A stretch of DNA of 64,000 bases from positions 40,983 to 104,982 of the IMG/VR virus record IMGVR_UViG_3300020156_000022. One strand, 5' to 3'. The notes under the pieces were generated by a model, which saw only the letters and a list, made by a program, of their open reading frames with translations, was not told the origin of the DNA and searched no databases. Of the stretch, positions 14,095 to 24,552 are shown one piece after another (within the stretch, counting starts at the first letter, position 1; each line of letters begins with the position of its first letter). Source of the stretch: a virus. Made by a program: the position numbers and the translations under genes.

Positions 14095-15210
14095 TTAGTG
14101 AGTGTGCCCTAGCAGACGACCACAAGGATGATCTGCATTACATACACCAGTCTCAGCAGCTACCGGAATATCGCCACCTACCAGCATCAAACGGTTTACA
14201 TCCGTCGGAGAAAGGTCAGCGTTATTAGCAGCTTGAGTTACTGCCTGCATAAGAGAGTACATAGTCAGATTACTCTCGTTGATCATGTTATTGGTGATGG
14301 TATTACGAAGATTACCAGGCAGGCCGTACTCACGGAACATCTCATTCATAGTTTCGCGAGTCATTCCATCAAGATGAATATCAGTCATGGACTGAACACC
14401 ATCAAGAGCACCTTCTAGACCACCTAGAACTTCGTCAACAGCATCGCGAGCCCACTCGAATACAGCATCGTTGCGACCGTTAGCGCCTCGACGAGACCAA
14501 ATGCTGTTAGCACTGGTTCGAGTATCGATAGCACCATTAGTGCACCAATAACGGAAAAGATATCCATTGATCTGAGTCTGCTCAAGGCCTGTGAGTGAGT
14601 TGACTAGCTGAATACCTGTTGACCAAGTATCGTTCTCAGTTCCGGTATTCTCGATTACTCGCACATACTCAGGAACAATCAGACGAATGTGGGTCTGCTG
14701 AAGAGTATGAGTAAATTTGTAGTCAGCGAATACCTCACCACTACCGTACTTAGCCTCAATACCGTCCAGAAGAATTTCCAGTAGCCGAAGGTTTGAATAT
14801 GGCTGAACAGCAGCACGAGCTACAGCAGCAGCCTTATCACCGCGAACACCAAGAACCTTATATTCACCCTTCTCAAGGCCAGCACGGAAGAAATGGTTAA
14901 AGATTTCTTCCGTGATATGAGATGGCGCTTTGTAGAGGAAGCCCTTAGGCAGCTTAATTTCCTTCGCAAGGTCGTAAATACCACTCTGAGTTAGCTGTAG
15001 TTCCCGGCCACCTACGCTGATAAAACCGTTAATTTCGTTGTTAGGCTGGAGAGCCTTCAATCCATGGTTATAATCCTCGCCAAGGCGAAATGATACACCT
15101 TCGCCAACTTCAAACTCATGAATAGCTAGAGGCTCAGTATATGCTAGACGCTCACGAACGTCATCCAGCGAAAGTAGCTTGTCCTTTACGTCATCGATAG
15201 TAACTGACAA
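14095..15210 (-). CDS. DUF932-like phage protein
   Basis: GIQLVNS..G..FRYWCTNG and MYSLMQAVTQAAN patterns. Confidence 0.6.
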   Translation of the reverse strand: MSVTIDDVKDKLLSLDDVRERLAYTEPLAIHEFEVGEGVSFRLGEDYNHGLKALQPNNEINGFISVGGRELQLTQSGIYDLAKEIKLPKGFLYKAPSHITEEIFNHFFRAGLEKGEYKVLGVRGDKAAAVARAAVQPYSNLRLLEILLDGIEAKYGSGEVFADYKFTHTLQQTHIRLIVPEYVRVIENTGTENDTWSTGIQLVNSLTGLEQTQINGYLFRYWCTNGAIDTRTSANSIWSRRGANGRNDAVFEWARDAVDEVLGGLEGALDGVQSMTDIHLDGMTRETMNEMFREYGLPGNLRNTITNNMINESNLTMYSLMQAVTQAANNADLSPTDVNRLMLVGGDIPVAAETGVCNADHPCGRLLGHTH

Positions 15211-15263
15211 AATCGGCTCCTTAGTATATGAAATAGAGGGGCATCGGTTGCCCGTACCCCTCT

Positions 15264-15292
15264 ATCCTAGCAGAATCAGCTACCCTCGTCAA
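15264..15292 (-). promoter_or_regulatory. SigA/HrdB-type promoter
   Basis: TTGACG-17nt-TAGGAT. Confidence 0.7.
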
Positions 15293-15542
15293 CAGGTTCT
15301 TGTGGAGCTGGATTCTTCTGCTCATACCACCAGGCTACAAAGTCATTAGCTCGCTTTGTAGCATTGCCAACAGCCCAGCCTTCCTCACGGACCAACATGT
15401 AAAAAGATCTAAACAATGTTTCATCTGTTGGAGCTACAAAGTCTATGAATTGATCTACTAGCTTACAAGAATTAGCATGAGATAGTCCTAATTCTCTAAG
15501 ATGCTCATACAACTTCAAATCAAAAAAGTCATTAGCTTGCAT
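15276..15542 (-). CDS. Hypothetical protein
   Basis: ORF with GAGGAG SD. Confidence 0.7.
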   Translation of the reverse strand: MQANDFFDLKLYEHLRELGLSHANSCKLVDQFIDFVAPTDETLFRSFYMLVREEGWAVGNATKRANDFVAWWYEQKNPAPQEPVDEGS

Positions 15543-15547
15543 AAACT

Positions 15548-16639
15548 TTACTCCTCATCAATAAGTGATCCAACCTTCTTACTTTCTCGGTCCCGTTGCA
15601 ACAGCAATTCTGCTTCAGAGATAAGCTGCATTCGCCACGTAGGATCACTAGCGGCCTTAGAATTAAATTGAGCTGTACCGTTAAGGCTGTCCCCACCAAG
15701 GGTATCATCTAGCTTAATCCAAGCTCCTGAAGATTTAATCAACCCATTATGCTCAAGGATCTTACGAGCTGACCATAGATTATCAAAGCCTAGACCATAA
15801 CGAACTAAAGCTTTACCTTCACGCATAGGAATGCCAATTTTATTTTTGGTGCACACCATCTTGACTTCAGTAGCTATTGCTACTTCCACAAGTTCACCGT
15901 AGATGTTTTCTACCTTACCCTTTTCCTTAGTAGTGCTGATAAATTCTACCATCACACTAGAATAGTAGGTAAGCTTCTCGCCACCAGGACGAGTCTTCTG
16001 CGCACCACCGAAAGTAGGCATCCCACCAATCGCCAAATGCACGTGATTGATAAAAATAGCGGCAGTTTCAGTTTTAAACAGAATAGAATTCAGCATTCCA
16101 AGAAACGGAGACATAACTCTAGCTAGCGGTGCTACAGCAGCCTTACCTACTTCATCTTGAAATACCTGTGAAGGAATCATAGCAGGAACAGAATCCCAGA
16201 TAGCTAAAAGAATTTCGCCAGACTCAATAAGTTCTTTAGCCATATTAGCTCCGGTCTCAAAATCTTCGGGACGGAGCATAATTACTGTAGAAGTATCATG
16301 AATATTTAAGCCTAAACTCTCAGCATAATCTGCATCAAGTGCACACTCATAATCCATATATAAGATAAACTTATTAAGACCTTCTTCACGAATTCTCTTC
16401 TGGGCTAATGCTGCTGTTTGTAGTGCAGCGGTAGTCTTACCACTCTGAGACTTTCCGTAGAACTGAGTAATCCTACCTAAAGCAACGCCGCCACCCATAA
16501 TATCGTTTAGTGCCATGTTACCGGTATCCAAGAATTTCACATCACTATGAAACCCAAGTGAAAACTTATCTGCATATTTTTTATTCGCAGATGCTAAAAT
16601 ATCTGCTACGTTTGCTTTTGCTTTGTCTTTAGGGGGCAT
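15548..16639 (-). CDS. recA: RecA/UvsX-like recombinase
   Basis: Walker A GKSQSGKTT, WDSVPAM, IFINH, PGGEKLTYYSS, KNKIG. Confidence 0.92.
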   Translation of the reverse strand: MPPKDKAKANVADILASANKKYADKFSLGFHSDVKFLDTGNMALNDIMGGGVALGRITQFYGKSQSGKTTAALQTAALAQKRIREEGLNKFILYMDYECALDADYAESLGLNIHDTSTVIMLRPEDFETGANMAKELIESGEILLAIWDSVPAMIPSQVFQDEVGKAAVAPLARVMSPFLGMLNSILFKTETAAIFINHVHLAIGGMPTFGGAQKTRPGGEKLTYYSSVMVEFISTTKEKGKVENIYGELVEVAIATEVKMVCTKNKIGIPMREGKALVRYGLGFDNLWSARKILEHNGLIKSSGAWIKLDDTLGGDSLNGTAQFNSKAASDPTWRMQLISEAELLLQRDRESKKVGSLIDEE

Positions 16640-16817
16640 TAGATATATTTCTCCCTAAGCATCTAATAATTCATTAATTAGTTTTTCCAGCTTTAACTTA
16701 TCTTCAGGACTCAACTTGTCGATTCTTTCGCGGCCCTTATCTAGGGAATCCTGGATAGCCCTGTGTATACAATGATGAATTATGTGTCCATCACTTACAC
16801 AGCAATAAGGGTTTTCT

Positions 16818-17273
16818 TTAGTTCCCACGAATCTCCCTTAATAAACCTTGAGCTGGTGGATTTTGTAAGTAGTTTATATAGCGCTGTAATCTGTCAATAG
16901 CATGCCCAGAAGAATCTCCTACTTGCCCAATAAGTGAATTACATGGACCACAAATAAGACCTCTAATGCATTTTCCACAGATAGGGGGTGCCGGGCAGCA
17001 ACTATGATCATGGTCAACAGACAGTCTTTTACTCAATCCTCTATTACCTGTCCACTCACCACAAGTATAGCACATGCCACCTTGAGCTGCATAAAGAGCA
17101 TCGTATTCACCATCAGAAAGGTTATACATCTTCTGCATTCTTCCAGAATGGTTTTTAGCCTTTAGTTCTTTCTTTCTTAATCTATAACAAGTAGTACAAC
17201 GAGGGCCAGGATAAGGCAATTTCCTAGTCGTAGATCCACAATCTTTACATGATCTCTTTTTAGGTTCTGCCAT
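16818..17273 (-). CDS. Endonuclease VII family protein
   Basis: QGGMCYTC, LSVDHDH, IRGLICGPCN. Confidence 0.9.
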   Translation of the reverse strand: MAEPKKRSCKDCGSTTRKLPYPGPRCTTCYRLRKKELKAKNHSGRMQKMYNLSDGEYDALYAAQGGMCYTCGEWTGNRGLSKRLSVDHDHSCCPAPPICGKCIRGLICGPCNSLIGQVGDSSGHAIDRLQRYINYLQNPPAQGLLREIRGN

Positions 17274-17328
17274 ATTTATCCTGACCCTCATTAACTATAC
17301 GATATTTACTTGTCTAGTATAGCAGCTA

Positions 17329-18216
17329 TCAGTCTTCAATGCCATTAAGAAGGTCATCAAAACTGACAGCTTCTGCGCGCTTATTAGAATTCTTCTCAGC
17401 ATCAGCCATTGGCTTAGCCCAAGGGTCTTCCTTATCCAGAAGCCCATTAAGTCCTGCATCGAGATTGCGCTCAGCACCAACAAGACCATCAGAAGAACTT
17501 TCACCTGACAGGCCCTTAGCCTGTGCCCACTTACGCTTTACTTCATCAACCTTATCTTCGATGAAGTCCTTACCCATCTTGCGGCCGATGTAGCGGTAAA
17601 TATCCTTGGACCTATTTGAAGCTACATTCTCTTCAAAACGCTGACGGGTAGATTCATTGGCCTGCCAACCAGTCTTCTGACCAGCAATGATTTTAAACTT
17701 CTGGTATCCAGCATTCTCACATGGACCAAGAATCAGATCTACGTCCTGAGGAGCCTTTTCAGCTTCCTCGTAAATATCAATCAGCTCGCCGAACTTCTGA
17801 TCGGCAAAAGCCCAAACCTTTACAGTTCCCTCACCATTAGCAGGAGCCTTGTTAGTTCCGTTGGTCTGGTACTGGTAAACGTGAGTAGCGTACTTACGCT
17901 TTGGCTTGGCGAACATGTCAGGAGCATCCTGAGCAGCCTTGCAAGCAGGGCAGTTCTTAGCGTCTAGGCCACGCTCCTTGATGATATTCTCATCACCAAT
18001 ACAGATTGGATTACCTAGGAACTCAAAGTCCATCTCTTCGCCTTTGTACTGGACTTCACCGTTAATCATCTTCGGTGCACGAAGATTGTGCACATAAGCT
18101 GACTCAGGCTCTTCCAGGACAACAATACGGGCGGATTCCTTATTCTCAAGCCTTAGCTTGGGAAAGTTTTCTACTTCTGCGGCACGGTTATTGGAAGTAA
18201 AGGACATCTTAGCCAT
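17329..18216 (-). CDS. Single-stranded DNA-binding protein (gp32-like)
   Basis: C...CPAC zinc site, VKVWAF, acidic tail SFDDLLNGIED, near RecA. Confidence 0.7.
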   Translation of the reverse strand: MAKMSFTSNNRAAEVENFPKLRLENKESARIVVLEEPESAYVHNLRAPKMINGEVQYKGEEMDFEFLGNPICIGDENIIKERGLDAKNCPACKAAQDAPDMFAKPKRKYATHVYQYQTNGTNKAPANGEGTVKVWAFADQKFGELIDIYEEAEKAPQDVDLILGPCENAGYQKFKIIAGQKTGWQANESTRQRFEENVASNRSKDIYRYIGRKMGKDFIEDKVDEVKRKWAQAKGLSGESSSDGLVGAERNLDAGLNGLLDKEDPWAKPMADAEKNSNKRAEAVSFDDLLNGIED

Positions 18217-18269
18217 TAATTATCTCTTTTCTCTTTTAACTGAGCGAACACTTCTGGAACGCTATGTCT

Positions 18270-18298
18270 ATTCTACCATGATCCGTACCTTGGATCAA
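18270..18298 (-). promoter_or_regulatory. SigA/HrdB-type promoter
   Basis: TTGATC-17nt-TAGAAT. Confidence 0.65.
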
Positions 18299-18786
18299 GC
18301 TTGGTAGTAGCTTGTTTGTTGCAGGTCTAAACGCTTTCTAAGGTCTTGGCGAATCTTATCCAGACCATAGTAATGAAGCCTGATAATATCAACAGCCTCA
18401 TTAGCAAAACTCAATAATTCTTCTGCTTGATTTAATTGTCTAGCCTCTTCAAAAGCAGCTAGATTAGCATCTGCGGCACGTTCTTTTCCTGTGCTGTAAT
18501 CACCAAAGCTAGGACGTTTTCCAGCATTAACAATAGCTTTATCCCATACTTCCTGCCACTGCATTCTGAAAAGTGATACTCGCCTATCAGCAGCAGACTT
18601 AGCACGCATTGAACGAGACAAATAATTTTCTATACTGGTGAGAACTTCCTGTACAGCTACTAGGGCTGAATGAATCTCTACAACATCAGCAGAGAAATCA
18701 GGATTTTGAAATTCAAATCTTGCTTGAATAACAGCTTCAATATATTTTGTCAGCTCAGTCTGTAGTTCTTGGCTCAATAGGATCAA
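18295..18786 (-). CDS. Hypothetical helical protein (possible recombination mediator)
   Basis: All-helical ORF next to SSB; function inferred only from context. Confidence 0.55.
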   Translation of the reverse strand: MILLSQELQTELTKYIEAVIQARFEFQNPDFSADVVEIHSALVAVQEVLTSIENYLSRSMRAKSAADRRVSLFRMQWQEVWDKAIVNAGKRPSFGDYSTGKERAADANLAAFEEARQLNQAEELLSFANEAVDIIRLHYYGLDKIRQDLRKRLDLQQTSYYQA

Positions 18787-19339
18787 TTCCTTTCATGAAC
18801 AAAAGCAGTCGAACATCTTCTTCAAGCTGAGCGATTGAACTATTGTTATTGAGTATGTAGTCAACTTTATCTCTAATTGCTACAGATTCTGATGCATGTC
18901 CGTCCGAAGTCACCTCGGGCCGATCAATCCAGCAGATAGATCCATGCTTTTCATGAACAAATTCGACTTCGTTTTCAAACCGACAATCAGTGATAACGTA
19001 ACGAGTGTCATCCCAACTCAGCCCTGGAAATTGCTTATTGAGAATTTCAATCCAGACATCTTCGTGAAAGAAGTTTCGCCCCGCTTCAGTACCAATAACC
19101 TGAAGCAGCTTACGAACCTCGGAAATATTTCTCTTAGCCCAATCCCAGCCTGCATCAGCAATCAACTCTGAGAGCCGGATCATTCCATAATAGTGCGTAG
19201 GAATCCAAGGATCAATAATAAGTGCTAGTTCTCGTACAGCATCTGCAAAGGCTACTTTAGTAAATCCATACTCTGAAATAAGAACCTTTGCAGCAGTATC
19301 TTTACCCGATCCCTTGAGCCCAGAAAATGCAATTAGCAT
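18755..19339 (-). CDS. Deoxynucleoside monophosphate kinase
   Basis: GLKGSGKDT, AFADAVR, LLQVIGTE, VITDCRFENE, HASE. Confidence 0.92.
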   Translation of the reverse strand: MLIAFSGLKGSGKDTAAKVLISEYGFTKVAFADAVRELALIIDPWIPTHYYGMIRLSELIADAGWDWAKRNISEVRKLLQVIGTEAGRNFFHEDVWIEILNKQFPGLSWDDTRYVITDCRFENEVEFVHEKHGSICWIDRPEVTSDGHASESVAIRDKVDYILNNNSSIAQLEEDVRLLLFMKGIDPIEPRTTD

Positions 19340-19629
19340 CAGACCTCGCTATTAAAGTTGTCTTTGATTTTATTCAAAATCTTGTTGGCTCTGCCTCGTG
19401 CATCTTCAAAAGATATGTCGCCGACTGCACCTAATTGAGTCATCTTGGCAACTACAAGAAATTCAGCTTCGGCCTCTAGTAGCTGAAAAGCGTCTCTGAC
19501 AGAAAGAACATGACCAGCTATATCGTTAGCAATCAGAATTCGCTGGATATCGCTTTCATCAAGCTCTACATCAAATTTAACCCACTTGCCGGATGCTGTT
19601 TCGGCTGAGCCACCTCTAACTATTCTCAA
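19339..19629 (-). CDS. Hypothetical protein
   Basis: Coupled ORF with GGAGGA SD. Confidence 0.7.
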   Translation of the reverse strand: MRIVRGGSAETASGKWVKFDVELDESDIQRILIANDIAGHVLSVRDAFQLLEAEAEFLVVAKMTQLGAVGDISFEDARGRANKILNKIKDNFNSEV

Positions 19630-19889
19630 TCTTCATCCTCCTCCATAAGCAGCTCCTCATCTAAAAATTCAATGAACAGCCGTCCCGTATAGTCTATGAT
19701 CTTGCACCAACCTGTGTCAAGGTTGATTTTCCAGTCGGGGAAGTCCACAGCACACCCACACGACAAATAAATAGTCTGTCCAGCTTGGTAAGCTGCACTA
19801 TTAGTGAGCGTATAAGTAATGGATTGTGTCCAATTGTGGACTCTCCCGCCACAGCTATGACACTTAACTGAAAAGTCCTCAGTATCCAT
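19626..19889 (-). CDS. Hypothetical Cys-containing protein, leaderless
   Basis: CHSC..CGC; ATG 6 nt after TTGCGT-17-TAGACT. Confidence 0.65.
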   Translation of the reverse strand: MDTEDFSVKCHSCGGRVHNWTQSITYTLTNSAAYQAGQTIYLSCGCAVDFPDWKINLDTGWCKIIDYTGRLFIEFLDEELLMEEDED

Positions 19890-19913
19890 GCCACAAGTCT
19901 AGCAAGATCTCAG

Positions 19914-22502
19914 CTAGAACGCAATATCTGCCGTCAGCCTTTGGAATTGCTCAGGAGTCATGCCAGAAAATTCATACTGCACTATGGCCCCTCCTAAAGC
20001 CATAGAAATTATGTTTCTATGCTTCTCAGCATCTAGCTTAGTATCAGTCTGTGGCATCAACAATTCCCCCTCCGGAGTCTGGAGAAGAACATTCCTGGAG
20101 CCGCCTGAGAGCTTGTCTAGCAATTTATTGAAATTAACCCACTGTTCTTCTGTAGGCATGTGATCAATAATTACAACAACTCTTTCAGCTTGCTGCTTAG
20201 GACCGCAACCCTCAGGGTCTTCTAGATAAGCTTTTTCTTTTAGCTTCTTATCAATTTCTGCTGTAGAAGTGAACTTCTCTGCCTCAGATCCAAGTGTAGG
20301 TAAGTATATATTCCTAGGAGTATGGGCTACAGTCTCATCTACTTCTTCAGGAGTTGGAGGTTCCATTACAGTACCTTCAGAGATTCTGTTTGCTGGTTCA
20401 TCTTCAAGTGTAGGTAAGTATATATCTCCTGGAGTAAGTACAGGACCATCTTCTACTTGGATAGCTCCATCTTCAAGAAGCTTAATCTCCTTAACTGATC
20501 CCCAACGCTTTCCTACATGCCAATCAGCTTTCATCATAGGCCACCCCGGTACTGGAAAGATTACCGCAGGTTGAAGAACACGAATAACGTCAGCTGGATT
20601 AAGGCTGCGATGCACATAAAACTCCAGTGCATCGTGGACATTCATGAACAGCCTTACTTTATCTTTCCAACCCATTTTACGAATAGCCTTACGAGCACGA
20701 ACCATTCCAATTCTGACGTAATCACCAGTAGCTCCACCTTGTACAGGATAGTTGAAGCAAGCTCTTTCTCCGCCTTCACGAATCCAACGGCGAGAATCGG
20801 TAAGTTCCCAAATAGGAATCATACGACCAAATTTGGTAACTACATGTCCGTGCTGATAGCCGAATTCAACCTGCTTTTCGGTAAATCGCTTAAGCTTAGG
20901 AAAAGCAGCAAAATATTGATTGAACAGATCTTCTGCCTCTTCTCTGGAGACATTAAGTCTTTTACCCAAAGCAATAGGAGTCATACCGAACAAAAGGCCG
21001 AAACCAATAGTCTTAGCCTTGGATCGATATTCTTTTGTTACTTGATCTTTAGATAGCTTGAACATCATCATAGCTACCTTGGTGTGAACATCCTCATCGT
21101 TTTCGAATGCTTCGATGAGTGCTGTCTCATTTGCCAATCCTGCGGCTGCTCGATATTCAGCCTGAGACAGGTCAAATCCTAGAATATAGTAATCATCAGG
21201 TGCGATTACCGCGTCACGGAAATTCAATTTATAGCTGGTGCCGTCTGCCAACTTGTAGTAATAACTCAGCGGAGTCTTACCATCATCATCTTTCAGGTTT
21301 ACTGATGGCTGATTTTGCTGGTTAGGATTAGCGGAACTGAATCGAGCAGTGCGCACATAACTTTGGTTCAATGAAGGATGCACCATACCATCCGGAGCAT
21401 ATCCGTAATCCTTGGCATATTTATCCAAGAAAGATGTAGTCAGTCGCTTCATGTTCTTATAGTTGGAAATCTTCTTAACTACAGGATTCTTTTCTGCCAA
21501 AATATCCAGAGCCATCTTCCCAGTAGACATTTTTTTGTCTTCCTTGGCGGCACCCTTAGTACTTGTGGTATAGACATTTACCGTCAGACCCAGACGCTCG
21601 AACAGGATCTCAGATAGCTGTTTAGGGCTCCCCAGATTAATGTTGAGCTTAGTTCCTGGCATGCCTAGTAGTTCGGCTAGCTCAGACTGAATTTCGTCAT
21701 TTAATTTGGCTGTAAACTCCTTGGCTCGATCAGACGCCTCCTGCATGAAAAACCAGTCATAGCGGATGCCGCAGTCCTCCATATCACAAATGACATAGAC
21801 AACTTCCATATCCACTTTATAAACTAGTTGATCTTTCACTTTAGGGTACTGATCAAGATGTAAAGCTAAACACCATAGGGCGTCTTCACATGCATACGTT
21901 ACTACCTTTGAACTGAGATCTAGTACATTAAATCGAAAAGCCTTTTTCTTCTTCTCAGTAAGGTGCTCGAACAGTTCTTCGAACTTAATCATCTTGTGTC
22001 CGAATTTGTTCAGTACCAGATCCTTTAGACCAAAATCCTGAAACTCTCGGGTGATATAAGCTTCTACCTGAGTATCTGACCTGGCAGGAAAATACCCGCT
22101 AGATTCTCGAACGTCTTTTCCAAAAATAGGATGATCTGATAATATCTCACGAAAAAACCGTGCCATGCGTCTAAGTTCGAAACCTAAATTGTGCGCAACG
22201 ATCAATCCTGATTGGAATGACTTCCAGAGAATTTCTGCGATAGCTAGATGATCAGTAAGATTTTCAGCAAAGTCATGAGCCATAGGAACATACCTTGCCC
22301 AATTAAGAGAATTGGTAAAACTGAAACCTACTAACAGATTTGTTTCTAGCTTTAGTGATCCTCGATCATCATCTTCTCCATGATACCCTGTTTCAATATC
22401 AAAGCCGATAGGCAGACCCTTATCGATCATGCCTGCCCAGAATTTTTCTAATTCCTCTACAGATCTTACAATGTCGTAGTTTTTAGTTACTACAGTTGAC
22501 AT
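19914..22502 (-). CDS. polA: Family A DNA polymerase with 3'-5' exonuclease and C-terminal extension
   Basis: DIET, AHN, YACEDA exonuclease motifs; RFSSANPNQQN, DLSQAEYR, KTIGFGLLFG, VHDAL. Confidence 0.95.
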   Translation of the reverse strand: MSTVVTKNYDIVRSVEELEKFWAGMIDKGLPIGFDIETGYHGEDDDRGSLKLETNLLVGFSFTNSLNWARYVPMAHDFAENLTDHLAIAEILWKSFQSGLIVAHNLGFELRRMARFFREILSDHPIFGKDVRESSGYFPARSDTQVEAYITREFQDFGLKDLVLNKFGHKMIKFEELFEHLTEKKKKAFRFNVLDLSSKVVTYACEDALWCLALHLDQYPKVKDQLVYKVDMEVVYVICDMEDCGIRYDWFFMQEASDRAKEFTAKLNDEIQSELAELLGMPGTKLNINLGSPKQLSEILFERLGLTVNVYTTSTKGAAKEDKKMSTGKMALDILAEKNPVVKKISNYKNMKRLTTSFLDKYAKDYGYAPDGMVHPSLNQSYVRTARFSSANPNQQNQPSVNLKDDDGKTPLSYYYKLADGTSYKLNFRDAVIAPDDYYILGFDLSQAEYRAAAGLANETALIEAFENDEDVHTKVAMMMFKLSKDQVTKEYRSKAKTIGFGLLFGMTPIALGKRLNVSREEAEDLFNQYFAAFPKLKRFTEKQVEFGYQHGHVVTKFGRMIPIWELTDSRRWIREGGERACFNYPVQGGATGDYVRIGMVRARKAIRKMGWKDKVRLFMNVHDALEFYVHRSLNPADVIRVLQPAVIFPVPGWPMMKADWHVGKRWGSVKEIKLLEDGAIQVEDGPVLTPGDIYLPTLEDEPANRISEGTVMEPPTPEEVDETVAHTPRNIYLPTLGSEAEKFTSTAEIDKKLKEKAYLEDPEGCGPKQQAERVVVIIDHMPTEEQWVNFNKLLDKLSGGSRNVLLQTPEGELLMPQTDTKLDAEKHRNIISMALGGAIVQYEFSGMTPEQFQRLTADIAF

Positions 22503-22532
22503 ATATTCTCCTAGTGTTGATTACAGGGAACA

Positions 22533-22961
22533 CTATATCCCATATGATTTTTCATCTTCTTTAGATTTTTTCGTATGGCAAGTACTACAAAGCATCTGTA
22601 AATTATCTGGGTGGTGCTTGCAACTAAAACGAGACTTATCTCCGCGACGAGGAATAATATGATCGCAGGTCATCTCGTCTCCACGTAGTCTTACTATGTT
22701 CTCACACAGGCCACAGTCAGCGCAATGGCTATGGCGAGGTTCACCATGACTACGTATACAGTTACATTTGCGCCTAGATAACTTAACAGCTAACTGTCTA
22801 GCTAAAAAATAACGGTGGTGCAGACGCCATGCCTCAAGACATGATCCACTGCACCACCTTTTTTGTTCAGGTTTAAGCTGTCCAGAACACCAGCGACAAT
22901 CACTATCCTTGCCAGACCAGCTAGATAGCGTACAATGAAGAGGATTTACTGTCATAGGCAA
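22533..22961 (-). CDS. HNH endonuclease
   Basis: CDHIIP...NLQMLCSTCHTKKS. Confidence 0.85.
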   Translation of the reverse strand: MPMTVNPLHCTLSSWSGKDSDCRWCSGQLKPEQKRWCSGSCLEAWRLHHRYFLARQLAVKLSRRKCNCIRSHGEPRHSHCADCGLCENIVRLRGDEMTCDHIIPRRGDKSRFSCKHHPDNLQMLCSTCHTKKSKEDEKSYGI

Positions 22962-23396
22962 TCACAATAGAGCGAAAAGCCCAGCCGAAACCCACAAGGC
23001 TAATTTGTGTAATGATTGATCTGACTGATACATCCCACAAACAGGAGTTTGCATTTCAGCAAAATTAGCTGAGCCTGTTTTTTGTAGAAGCCATCTTACT
23101 GGCCAGCGTCTATCAATAAACCCATGAGTAATGGCTGAAAAAAGTATAGCAGCAATAAAACCTAGGAAAGTAATTGGTAGATTGAATACTGCAACCACAA
23201 TAATCAACATTACTACCATTACAGCATGATAAGCTAGCACATGCTGAATTATGTGTGACCAACCAAGCCACCCAGGTTTGGCTTTGTTCGCTGCCATTTT
23301 ATCAGTCTGTCCTGCAATATGATCAGCAAATTCATGAGCTACGCCAGCAGTCCAAGCAAACATCAATGCTGTAACTGCCGTAGGAATCCATTCCAT
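22962..23396 (-). CDS. DUF3307-like membrane protein
   Basis: HEFADH..QTDKMA.NK, H..ID, DQSLH motifs with TM helices. Confidence 0.8.
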   Translation of the reverse strand: MEWIPTAVTALMFAWTAGVAHEFADHIAGQTDKMAANKAKPGWLGWSHIIQHVLAYHAVMVVMLIIVVAVFNLPITFLGFIAAILFSAITHGFIDRRWPVRWLLQKTGSANFAEMQTPVCGMYQSDQSLHKLALWVSAGLFALL

Positions 23397-23593
23397 TACA
23401 GGATTCCTGTCTTAGCCATTTTCCCCAGCGTCATCCACTTCTTGTGAACAGCAAGAGCCTCTTGAGGAGTTAGCTCGCCCTTGGAGCCGAAATTGTTCTT
23501 AGCGTTCCACGCCTTCCAAATTTCGTCGTAGGACATTTCCCAAGTTGGCTTCTGATCTGACACTATATTTCTCCTTATTCGATTTACTTACTG

Positions 23594-23674
23594 TACCGGT
23601 GACGAGAGTCGAACTCGCATGCCTTTCGGCCAAGGGGTTTGAATCCTCTATGTATACCATTCCATCACACCGGC
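23594..23674 (-). tRNA. tRNA-Leu(CAA)
   Basis: GCCGGTG/CACCGGT, loop TTCAAAC, long variable arm. Confidence 0.92.
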
Positions 23675-23783
23675 CTACGTTCCCTAACTTCAGGATGAGA
23701 CTATGCCCAAACCTGACCTCCATGTTGATCATATATGCGCAATCAGATCAACCCCTCCCTCAGGAACAACTCTATCTTACCAC

Positions 23784-24176
23784 TCAATCGGTCAATCGTC
23801 CAGCGTTGACTTTCTCAACGCTGTAGGAGCCTACCTCGTTAGTGTAGACGATCTCCTTGATGCCTGCCTCAACAATAGCCAACATACACCAGACGCAAGG
23901 CCGACTCATCATTGTTTCTCCATGCTTATTGATTCTAGCAATATAGATGGTGCAACCTCGAAGATCCTCACGAACCTTCAGCAATTCTCTCAAGGTTGCA
24001 CGCTCAGCATGGTCAGAAACATTATGCTCATCTACTGCTGGGGCATTACGAAATTTATTAGGAGCAAAACCTAGAACCTTATTACCCTTAGCGACGACAG
24101 CGCCATGCTTCCATCGATAAGTGCTGCCCTGTGCCACCTTGACAGCACGTCGGATCAGGGTCTCATGTCTCTTCAT
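23784..24176 (-). CDS. Cytidine/dCMP deaminase-family zinc protein, leaderless
   Basis: HAE and PCVWC motifs; promoter TTGACA-17-TAAGCT at 24184-24212. Confidence 0.88.
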   Translation of the reverse strand: MKRHETLIRRAVKVAQGSTYRWKHGAVVAKGNKVLGFAPNKFRNAPAVDEHNVSDHAERATLRELLKVREDLRGCTIYIARINKHGETMMSRPCVWCMLAIVEAGIKEIVYTNEVGSYSVEKVNAGRLTD

Positions 24177-24194
24177 GTTGTGAAGCTTACACGG

Positions 24195-24500
24195 TCAGTG
24201 TGTTCGTGTCAACTCTGCACGATTACAGTAGGTCAAAAAATTAATGCCTAGATTTTCCATATAAGTCATTGCTACTACAGAATCCCACCAAGCATTATGT
24301 ACGAAGGCAATGTGCTTAGCTTCATATTCTGTTAAGAACGATCCCAATTCAAATCGTCCCTCGTAAGGATTAAGTGTAGCTACTGATTGGTCTATATTAC
24401 TGATAGACCATCCTCCGATGGTATCATCAATTACAGCGTACCAACGACAGTACAAAATCTCAACCTCAGTAATAGGCTCTTTCTTAAAATCTCTTGCCAT
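24195..24500 (-). CDS. Hypothetical protein
   Basis: ORF with GGAGAGG SD. Confidence 0.7.
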   Translation of the reverse strand: MARDFKKEPITEVEILYCRWYAVIDDTIGGWSISNIDQSVATLNPYEGRFELGSFLTEYEAKHIAFVHNAWWDSVVAMTYMENLGINFLTYCNRAELTRTH

Positions 24501-24552
24501 GTAACCTCTCCTTTTTGGAAATAATGTATTGCTGTTTTAAGTGTTTTTAGGG

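Noticed and set aside
19914-22502. Modified-base (e.g. Z-DNA) polymerase suggested by motif B FGLLFG
   Set aside because: A single conservative Tyr-to-Phe change; no purZ or other base-modification genes are in this window
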